In this document: in pieces, positions 56,559 to 64,000 of the stretch
Numbering within the stretch: the first letter of the stretch is position 1
Layout of the letters: every line of letters begins with the position of its first letter
Source: Planctomycetota bacterium
Lineage (GTDB): Bacteria; Planctomycetota; PLA2; JAEUHO01
DNA: 64,000 nt
Reading direction: 5' to 3'
Assembly: GCA_965222115.1 (NCBI GenBank)
Contig: CBDCTJ010000007.1
Location: 1,408,001-1,472,000, forward strand
Notes under the pieces: generated by a model
What the model saw: only the letters and a program-made list of their open reading frames with translations
The model's database searches: none
Told to the model about the DNA's origin: nothing
Made by a program: the position numbers and the translations under genes

Positions 56559-57968
56559 ATGTCCTTTCAAACCATGTCTTTTCAAACAGTATCGCTTCAA
56601 GCCAAGCCCCGTTTTCGCCTCGTCGCGCTCTTCCTCGCGGCCGCATGCCTCTTCGCTTCGGCCTCGTCCTACGCCGACGTATTGACCACGAAGAGCGGCC
56701 TGGTGCTTGAAGGGAGCGTTGCCAAAGACGCCGATGCCGGTTACCGCGTGACGACCGATGCCGGGGTAGTACACGTCAAAGCGTCCGAGGTGCTTTCCGT
56801 TCAAACGGGTGTGTCGCCCCGCGCCGCGTGGATCAAGGCCTTCGAGGCCGCTTCGTCGAAGGCGCCAGCCGCCAATGAAGATCAGGCCACCGCGATGTAC
56901 AAGCTCGCGGTTCGCGCGGATGCCGAAGGGTTAGACGATCTCGCGCGCCGTGCGCATCTTCGAGTGGTGGCACTGAATCCAAACCATCGCGCATCGCGGC
57001 GTGCGTTGGGTCACGAACTGGTGAAGGGGAATTGGCTTACGCAAGCCGATGCGCGACGCGCTCAGGGGCTGGTGCTCTTTCGTGGTACATGGCGAACGGC
57101 CGAGGAAGTTGAACGTCTGACCGCTCTGCGCGAAGGGGCCAAGAAGGCGCCTGCCTCTGACAAGTCCGTCGCCCACGAGTCCTTAGCCCGCAGTGCGTCA
57201 CCGGCGAGTCGTTGGTTGGAAACGGCGGTGTTGGCCGAGCCTGCGCTGCGCGCCGCCGCAGAACGCGCATTGCACGCTGCCGATTCCGTGGACATGCAGG
57301 CCGCCGGCGTGGCCGGGTTAGCTCACAAGGACGTGCGCGTTCGTGCGGCCGCAGCAAAGTTGTTGGGCGAACTAGGCGACGAAGCCTCACTGCGACCGCT
57401 GATTCTCACGGCTGCGCGCGATAAAGACGAGGATGTGCGGCGCGAAGCCACATTGGCCGCCATGGCCTTTGGGCACGACGATGTGTCCATTCCCTTTGTG
57501 CGCGCGTTGGGCGCATCCAATCCCAAAATTGTAGCCAATGCGGCTCAAGCGCTCGGGATGATCGGTGATATGCGGGCCGTCGGCTATGTCGTAAAGCGCA
57601 TGATGTCGGCGGGCTCGTCTACGCGAAACTTTATTGCCATTACCAATCAGATTTCCTACGTACGTGATTACGACGTGGAGATTGCGCAGGCCAGCAACAT
57701 TGCCAATCCCGACATTGGAACCATTCAAGAAGGCGTAGTGCTCGACGCCAAAGTCGCCGGTCTCTACTACACACGCACGTGGATTGAACCCATCTTGGTT
57801 GACGCCGCAGGCGCCTTGGCGGGTGAACGCTTTCGCAATCGCGATGAAGTACTTGCGTGGTACGCGAAAAACAAGGCGTCGATTCCGAGTTACCCGCCCA
57901 AGCCAGGTAAGCGTCTACGCAAGAAGCGCCGCGGGCGTTGGATTGGCGTACCGAACCCCACGCGCTAA
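56559..57968 (+). CDS. Exported HEAT-repeat protein with secretin-like beta-hairpin
   Basis: Signal peptide (SSYA|D), PNHRASRRALGHELVKGNWLT, HEAT repeats (VRVRAAAAKLLGELGD, DKDEDVRREA, NAAQALG), and a QISYVRDYDVEIAQ segment. Confidence 0.85.
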   Translation: MSFQTMSFQTVSLQAKPRFRLVALFLAAACLFASASSYADVLTTKSGLVLEGSVAKDADAGYRVTTDAGVVHVKASEVLSVQTGVSPRAAWIKAFEAASSKAPAANEDQATAMYKLAVRADAEGLDDLARRAHLRVVALNPNHRASRRALGHELVKGNWLTQADARRAQGLVLFRGTWRTAEEVERLTALREGAKKAPASDKSVAHESLARSASPASRWLETAVLAEPALRAAAERALHAADSVDMQAAGVAGLAHKDVRVRAAAAKLLGELGDEASLRPLILTAARDKDEDVRREATLAAMAFGHDDVSIPFVRALGASNPKIVANAAQALGMIGDMRAVGYVVKRMMSAGSSTRNFIAITNQISYVRDYDVEIAQASNIANPDIGTIQEGVVLDAKVAGLYYTRTWIEPILVDAAGALAGERFRNRDEVLAWYAKNKASIPSYPPKPGKRLRKKRRGRWIGVPNPTR

Positions 57969-58048
57969 GTTCATTTCGACGGCTGTGAGAACGGTCGACG
58001 GCTGTCAGAACGGCACGAGTGTGTCTGAACGAACGCGAATGCGTGGCG

Positions 58049-58282
58049 CTACGCTTCCTTGCCCTCTTCCTTTTCCGCCTGCGCCGCCATCGCTTCGTCG
58101 CGCTTCATCGCCTTGCGTGAGCGGACTTTGAACTTTGTGCGCACCTTCGGAAGTCCGAGTACCGAATCGCCATCGCTCCAGCGCTCTTGCTCCTTGAGCT
58201 TTTCGATGCGTTCCCAACGGGTCAATACACTGCGCTGACGCTGGAGCGTGTTCTTCAGCTTGAGGCTCTTGTGAATCGACAT
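58049..58282 (-). CDS. PVC-superphylum small basic signature protein (TIGR04137-like)
   Basis: MSIHKSLK....L.RQRSVLTRWERI.KL....RW.DGDSVLGLPKVR. Confidence 0.9.
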   Translation of the reverse strand: MSIHKSLKLKNTLQRQRSVLTRWERIEKLKEQERWSDGDSVLGLPKVRTKFKVRSRKAMKRDEAMAAQAEKEEGKEA

Positions 58283-58436
58283 GGTGGGGGTCTCGCTACG
58301 GGTGGCTCGTAAGTATCCCGGCAGTCGGGGCTCTGTCGCGCTATTCCTCACTCGACAATTTGCGGGCGCCCTTGGCCATCGGCTCGCCGAGTTCGTTGCT
58401 GGCCGCAGGTAGGCAAGGGTGTGACGTCGATGCGAC

Positions 58437-59144
58437 CTAACGACGTCGAAACGGGCGAAACTCGGGGTAGCGGAACGCCGCCCGTCCGTTGAAGTCGGCC
58501 GTTTTCAGCTTCTTTTGGTCGATGAATCGTTCGGCCTCGGCACGCGTGCGGAAGGGGCCAATGTCGATCAGCAGTTGATTGCCCTTGGCGCGAATGCTGT
58601 AGATGGCATTTCGCCGAATCTTGTAGATCCGCATGAGGCTGGTGGCGAGTTCTTTGGACGTGAGTAGCTTCTGGCTGGGTTGCTTGATGCGCGACACCCA
58701 GGTGTGGATCATGACACCCGTGCTATCGCGGCTGTCTACGCGTTGCAGCGCGTCCGGTTGTCCCCCCGAACGACCGTGAGACAGTCCGACAAAGAAGCTG
58801 AGCACCATCAACAACAAGCACACCGCCGACGTGAGCAGCACTTGCCGGCCACCAAGCGTGATGCCATCTGAGCTCATGAGGTTTTGAAACCAACCTTCAC
58901 CGCTCCTGGCTTTGCCTCTCGACGTTGACGTCGAAGACGAGATCCCTCGCGGCGCCTTGGGCGCACGTGTTGCGCGCTTGCTTGACGTTCTACTACTTGG
59001 TACCGACTTGCTCGTTCCCCGGGCACTCCTCGCGCCTCGCTGCGCACGCTTTTCTTCACGCCGGGCCGCTTTACGCGCCTCGGCAGCAGCGATCTCGCTC
59101 TGCTGATTGAAGATATCGAAGAGATCGTTCGCTTTGCGCGCCAT
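58437..59144 (-). CDS. Bitopic membrane protein with C-terminal SPOR-like domain
   Basis: Basic disordered N-terminus, one TM helix (..LMVLSFFVG), and the SPOR-type IDIGPFRTRAEAERF. Confidence 0.6.
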   Translation of the reverse strand: MARKANDLFDIFNQQSEIAAAEARKAARREEKRAQRGARSARGTSKSVPSSRTSSKRATRAPKAPRGISSSTSTSRGKARSGEGWFQNLMSSDGITLGGRQVLLTSAVCLLLMVLSFFVGLSHGRSGGQPDALQRVDSRDSTGVMIHTWVSRIKQPSQKLLTSKELATSLMRIYKIRRNAIYSIRAKGNQLLIDIGPFRTRAEAERFIDQKKLKTADFNGRAAFRYPEFRPFRRR

Positions 59145-59245
59145 GGATTCCCAACTGGAGGCCGCCAACTGGTAGCGGCTGGACAGGGGCCTTACGACAT
59201 GAGGCAGGGCACGACCGTTCCCTCCGGGTGGACGCACCTCTTCCG

Positions 59246-60298
59246 CTAAGAAGTTAGGTCGGAGGGGGGACGGGCTGGGTTGAGCGCGGAGCCCAGAAGA
59301 ATCATAGTTTTGGCCGCATTCCAGGCCGCCACGAGCGAGTCGTCGGTGGCTAGACCCTTACCCGCAATGTCGTGGGCGGTTCCGTGGTCCACCGATGTAC
59401 GCACAAAGGGCAGGCCGAGTGTGATATTGACCGCTGATCTACGCCCCAACGTCTTCACGGTGGGCAATCCCTGGTCGTGATACATCGTGAGGACTGCGTC
59501 GAATGCGCCGTGCGCAGCAGCAGGAATGCACGCGTCGGCCGGTAGGGGGCCCTCAGCGTCTATACCCAGCGCCCGTGCGGCATGCACGGCTGGCGCGATG
59601 ACGAGATCGTCTTCTTTGCCCAGCACTCCGCCTTCTCCGGCATGGGGGTTGAGTCCGCACACGGCGACCTTGGGCTCCCTGTCTGTGAGGAAGTACCGCT
59701 GAAGCTCACCTCGTAGCAGCGTGAGATCTCGAACGAGGCCGTCCGTTGTCAAGCGCGCGCCCACGCTCATGAGTGGCACATGGATTGTGGCCAAGACCAC
59801 GCGGAGCGATTCGCAGGCCAGCATCATGAGCACGTGCGGTGTGCCAGTCTTGTCTCGCAACACCTCCGTGTGTCCCGGTTGCGAAATGCCGGCGGCGTGC
59901 CAAGCCCCTTTGTGAATCGGCGCCGTGACGATGCCGCGCACAAGACCGTCCTGCGCCAAGTCGATGGCCGATTCCACCCACGAAAAACACGCTCGCCCTG
60001 CCGCAGCGTCGAGAGCACCCATCTCAAGTCCCGATTCGCATCGCTGAGATGGGGCCCACAACGCCGCGTACTCGTACGTCACCCCTTTGAGGTCATTCGA
60101 ACTCGATACGTGAACGATGACGCGGCGAACATCCTCATCCAGGCAGGTGGTATCGCCCACGATGAGTGGTGCGACGGGCGTCTCGGCGTCTTCCATCCAT
60201 CGACGGGAACGAATAAATCGGCTCACAATTTCTGGACCGATACCTGTGGGATCTCCCATGGTGATGGCCAAACGCATAGAGGTCGCCTGCGATGTCAT
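59246..60298 (-). CDS. pdxA: 4-hydroxythreonine-4-phosphate dehydrogenase
   Basis: ITMGDPTGIGPE, TAPIHK, GHTE, GLNPHAGE, MYHDQGL, RTSVDHGTA.DIAGKG. Confidence 0.97.
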   Translation of the reverse strand: MTSQATSMRLAITMGDPTGIGPEIVSRFIRSRRWMEDAETPVAPLIVGDTTCLDEDVRRVIVHVSSSNDLKGVTYEYAALWAPSQRCESGLEMGALDAAAGRACFSWVESAIDLAQDGLVRGIVTAPIHKGAWHAAGISQPGHTEVLRDKTGTPHVLMMLACESLRVVLATIHVPLMSVGARLTTDGLVRDLTLLRGELQRYFLTDREPKVAVCGLNPHAGEGGVLGKEDDLVIAPAVHAARALGIDAEGPLPADACIPAAAHGAFDAVLTMYHDQGLPTVKTLGRRSAVNITLGLPFVRTSVDHGTAHDIAGKGLATDDSLVAAWNAAKTMILLGSALNPARPPSDLTS

Positions 60299-63087
60299 CG
60301 TCGAACACTCCGGCGATGGAGCGCTACGTCAAAGGGCAAGAGCGCGATCATGCTCAACACAAGCATCATCCATACCGGCTGCCGACGCGGTTTGCTGCTT
60401 CCAAGTAGGCCTTCAAGTGCCTCCGATGCGCTTTGGGGCGGTTGTCCAAAGAACTCCGCTAGTACGGCGGCGTTTCCCGTGCGCTCGGGCGCAGGAGGAT
60501 ACGTCTTTCGCCGGTAGTCAAGAGCGGGCATCGCGCTCACTGCGTCACTTGTCGCCTCGATTCGAGCCGTCTTGCCCGCTGCCAAACGAGGTAACGCAAT
60601 TCGCGTCGACGTTCGAGTCGCCTTAATGACGCCGAGCGGTTCGCGTTGTTCGCCGGGGCCCACCCACGTAAGCGTGAGTTCACCCAATGAAACGCCAGGC
60701 GGCCAGGCGACGTCGAGCGTGGACCCTTCGGGGTGTTGAATCACCCGCAACGTTGGGGCGCGGTCAAACGAACCCGCCGGTGCACGCGCGGCGCGAGCCA
60801 GTTGTTGTAAGAACACACCCAACTGCTTCCACGCCAGCGTTCCCGCGTCGTCACTGCGTACGTTCCACAGTAGGACCCGACCCAATCCTTCGCGGCGCGC
60901 CGACAGTGCTACGCGCTCACCGCTTTGCATCAATGCAATGCCGTCGCGCACGTCGCCGCTCTTGTAGGGACGCGAGACGGAAGGCAAGTCGGTGGGTTTG
61001 ATGCCGAGCAGGGCCTCGTGTCGCTGAATGATTTGAAGCGGTGCTCGTTGGGACGCGGGGTCCGGCGTCTCTTCGCGCGGCTCCTGTATCGGCTCCTTGC
61101 GAGGGAGGGGTTTTTCCGGCGGCGTTGGCGGCGGGTCCTTGGGCTGATTGCGCTCTTGCTCCGCATCGCGCATGCGCGCCATGGCCCTGGCTTCCTGCGA
61201 GCGACGATCGGCGAGTACGTTTGTGTCGCGCGTGAGAATGGTTGGAATCTCGGCAGCAGTACGTGCGGCAATCACGCTTCCTCCCGCTGCCCAGTGAACA
61301 ATTTCCCGAAGATCGCGCAGTCGCGCGCCGCGACCAATGCCGACCGCCGTGATCGTGACGCCGCGTGCGCCCAACGGTCGAACGACCGGGCTAAAAATTG
61401 GCGCGCCCACCGTTTGTGCACCGTCGGTCAAGAGAATGATGTGTTGGATGGGTGTTGCATTGTTTGGATCGGCAAGCAGTTCGCCGGCTTTGCGAAGTGC
61501 GCCAAAAATGTCGGTTGCGTCTCCGTCGGCTTGGAGCCCCGCAGCCCACAGGGAACGTCCGCCACGCGAACTCAAACGCCGGGGCCGAAGATCGACACGC
61601 GCCTTGCGCGCGAACGTGATCACACCAAGTCGATCCCACGACGAGAGCGCCGCAGCCGTTCGTCGCGCCCCTTCCAACGCCATAGAGAACTTCTCGCCGT
61701 CCATACTCCCACTGCGATCGATCAGCAAGAGCACAGTGATCGGTCGCGCTTCCTCAGGTTGACGTTCGGCGCGCAGCCCGGGGCCTTTGTCGGGGTTGGG
61801 CTGTTCTAGCGGACGCGACGGTTCCGGTGGTGTTGGCGGTGGCGGCGGTGGTTTGGGGGGCGGCGGCGGTTCCGGTAGGGGTCTGCGCGGCAGAAGTGAG
61901 GCGGCGGGTGCTTTGCTCAATCGATCCCACGCGTCTTGATCGCTGCCCGCTTCCACGACCAGTCCAAGTCCTTGCTCAAGGGCGGCCTGCAACTGCTTGG
62001 TTTCCTTGGCGGACAACGTAGATAGCGCAGTTGCATCGGCCAACAATAGGGGTCGCGTCGCATGGCGCGGCAACGTGCGCGGATCCAATTGAACCAATTG
62101 AGCAGGCGTCATTACGTTGAACGCCGTGTTGTAAGCACGCCAGGCGCGCACGAAGGGACTTGCTTGCGGACGAGCATGCATGACGAATGTGGTTGGGCGA
62201 CCCTCGACATGGACCCGACGCTCACGCGCGTCACTGGGTCCGTCGTCGTTACCAACGACGCGCAGTGTGAGGCTGTGCAGCCCTGGCGGCAGTGACACAT
62301 TGCCAAAGTTGAGTTCATGTCCGTTGCTAGACGGCGGTACGGGGAGGCGCTTGAATTCGACACCGTCAATCGTCAACACCGCTTGCGCAGGCGTCGAAGT
62401 CGTTGCCACCGTACGGATGGCGAAGGGGCCCGCCACACGTTCGGGCACGTCGAACAAGTCAATTGCGACGTGAGTCGTTGACGCGTGTTCTACATGCATG
62501 GGCAACGCAACAGCAGTGACGTCTATATTCCTTTGGGCGAGCTGCGAAAGCTCTTCGCGCACGCCCTGTGTGTCGCTGCGACCCGATGCGAGTACGACAA
62601 CCCGCCCCGACGTATGATCCGGAAATGCAATGCGTGCTGCGCTGAGGCCTGCGCGCAATCGACTGGTAGGCCTCTTATCGGCGCTGGACGCCTTGTCCAA
62701 GGGCTTCTCAATTCCTTGCACGGCACGGACTTCGTCGTCATAGAGCACAAGTTGCGTGGGCGTCGCTCGGCGCTCCGCTTCCAAACGAAGGCGTTTCAAC
62801 CACGCACGCGCCTCCGCATTGCCGTTTGCGCCCCGAAGCACCGACTGATCGAGCGCCACAACGAGTTGGGGCATGGTTTGCGTTCGCCGTTCCATATAGG
62901 GGCCGGCCAATGCAGCGAGCCCGAGACCGAGAAGCGCCGTGCGCGAGAGGGTTCGCGCCGTGCGTCGCATGCGCGTTCCAGGCAAGCGCCACTCCATCCA
63001 TGCGACAACGATCAGGGCCGCGGGGATGAGCGCCAAAAGCCACGGCGTTTCAAACGCCACGCCCAAGCGTGCTGGGAGCGTCGCCAC
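60295..63087 (-). CDS. Membrane-anchored VWA domain protein (BatA-like N-terminus, C-terminal TM)
   Basis: F..PWLL N-terminus, a degenerate first VWA domain, an intact MIDAS (LIDRSGSM..T..LLTDG), Pro-rich linkers and a C-terminal TM + RR. Confidence 0.88.
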   Translation of the reverse strand: MATLPARLGVAFETPWLLALIPAALIVVAWMEWRLPGTRMRRTARTLSRTALLGLGLAALAGPYMERRTQTMPQLVVALDQSVLRGANGNAEARAWLKRLRLEAERRATPTQLVLYDDEVRAVQGIEKPLDKASSADKRPTSRLRAGLSAARIAFPDHTSGRVVVLASGRSDTQGVREELSQLAQRNIDVTAVALPMHVEHASTTHVAIDLFDVPERVAGPFAIRTVATTSTPAQAVLTIDGVEFKRLPVPPSSNGHELNFGNVSLPPGLHSLTLRVVGNDDGPSDARERRVHVEGRPTTFVMHARPQASPFVRAWRAYNTAFNVMTPAQLVQLDPRTLPRHATRPLLLADATALSTLSAKETKQLQAALEQGLGLVVEAGSDQDAWDRLSKAPAASLLPRRPLPEPPPPPKPPPPPPTPPEPSRPLEQPNPDKGPGLRAERQPEEARPITVLLLIDRSGSMDGEKFSMALEGARRTAAALSSWDRLGVITFARKARVDLRPRRLSSRGGRSLWAAGLQADGDATDIFGALRKAGELLADPNNATPIQHIILLTDGAQTVGAPIFSPVVRPLGARGVTITAVGIGRGARLRDLREIVHWAAGGSVIAARTAAEIPTILTRDTNVLADRRSQEARAMARMRDAEQERNQPKDPPPTPPEKPLPRKEPIQEPREETPDPASQRAPLQIIQRHEALLGIKPTDLPSVSRPYKSGDVRDGIALMQSGERVALSARREGLGRVLLWNVRSDDAGTLAWKQLGVFLQQLARAARAPAGSFDRAPTLRVIQHPEGSTLDVAWPPGVSLGELTLTWVGPGEQREPLGVIKATRTSTRIALPRLAAGKTARIEATSDAVSAMPALDYRRKTYPPAPERTGNAAVLAEFFGQPPQSASEALEGLLGSSKPRRQPVWMMLVLSMIALLPFDVALHRRSVRR

Positions 63088-63138
63088 ATCAAGGCCTGAC
63101 TGTGAAGGTGGGGAAGGGCCTCATCGTTGTGTCATTAC

Positions 63139-63999
63139 CTATTTTGATTCGCGAATCAACACACCCTGTACCCAATTCGCCCGATCGCGCACAAAGTGTT
63201 TGTCGGCGCCTGTACCAACTTCCAGTACCAACTCCTTGACACCCTTGAGGGGGATGGCACCTGTTGTCTTCATCGTCTCACCACCGCGAACGCCGCGCGC
63301 TTCCCACAGGACCTTGCCGTCGCCAATGATCTTGGCATCGACGTTCCCGGTTTCTGTTGTGTCGCCGGGTAAGTCGAGTACCTCGTCATCAATGCCGAAG
63401 CCAATCGTGAGTGCGCTGTACTTGCCGCCCAAGTCGAACCGCACCTCGCTATGGCTATGCACCGCAATGCCGCGACGAAACGTGCGGCCACCCATGCGTA
63501 GCGGACAACCACTTGGCCGTCGTCCCACCCGCGCGCCACGAAGCCGCTCCAGTTCCTTGGCCAAGCCAAGTTCGGGCGGATCTTCGTAATACGGCTTGAG
63601 CGTGCTCGAAAAGGGCAATGAGCTGAGGTAGGTAAATCCAGGATGGTGCATCCACAGCGCAACGATGGCAGCGCGTGGAATTCGAAATGTCTTGTCTTTG
63701 AGCGAACGCGTCTTAGCGGACAGGTCTGCCGCGCCCGACCACGACAACGCGCCGTCGATTACGAGTCGCGTGCCGTCACGCAACTCAAGTTCCGTCCATA
63801 GTGCACGTGCGTCCACGGGCTTGGATTCGTTCTCGATGTGCACGGCGCGAATCTTGTCCCAGGCAATGGTGCGACTGACTTCGCGATCGTTCTCAATCGC
63901 GAGTCCCTTGCCGGTCGCTTCATCGAGCGTGCCGGTCATCGCGTCGTGAGCGATGCTGTAGATGACGTCGGCACCTTTGCGCGGCGGGCAGCCGCGTAG
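63139..63999 (-). CDS. NPCBM/NEW2 domain protein, 5'-truncated by window edge
   Basis: YLSSL, GRTFRRGIAVHSHSEVRFDL, GIDD, G.VD.KI.GDGK.LW, D.ANW. The frame is open to the window end. Confidence 0.9.
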   Translation of the reverse strand, partial: LRGCPPRKGADVIYSIAHDAMTGTLDEATGKGLAIENDREVSRTIAWDKIRAVHIENESKPVDARALWTELELRDGTRLVIDGALSWSGAADLSAKTRSLKDKTFRIPRAAIVALWMHHPGFTYLSSLPFSSTLKPYYEDPPELGLAKELERLRGARVGRRPSGCPLRMGGRTFRRGIAVHSHSEVRFDLGGKYSALTIGFGIDDEVLDLPGDTTETGNVDAKIIGDGKVLWEARGVRGGETMKTTGAIPLKGVKELVLEVGTGADKHFVRDRANWVQGVLIRESK

Positions 64000-64000
64000 C

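Overview
GC-rich (~60% by eye) bacterial chromosomal segment, most likely Planctomycetota. This rests on a PVC-superphylum small basic signature protein at 58049-58282, plus CRTAC1/ASPIC-UnbV, NPCBM, VWA and many HEAT-repeat envelope proteins. The core content is a peptide ABC transporter (dppA, with dppB and dppC 7.5 kb away), lon, a two-component system, a complete nuoA-N complex I operon, a ~1600-aa Ig/beta-propeller lipoprotein, queD, a DsbD-type reductase, a LarA-family enzyme, an ECF sigma/anti-sigma pair, a class IV aminotransferase and pdxA. An accessory block (~3.4-10.7 kb) holds a Y1/RAYT-like transposase flanked by structured REP-like repeats and a lower-GC three-gene cassette. Four observations stand out. 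(1) A secreted 12-Cys protein consists of two tandem modules carrying the C-CxGxC-C-CxC growth-factor cystine-knot signature, and is encoded with a MauE-like membrane protein and a membrane-anchored Ig-like protein. (2) DppA is naturally circularly permuted. (3) The anti-sigma factor has a CxxCH heme-c motif. (4) A HEAT protein carries an isolated secretin-like beta-hairpin. No tRNA, rRNA or CRISPR array was seen. All family calls come from motif recognition by eye; no searches were run.
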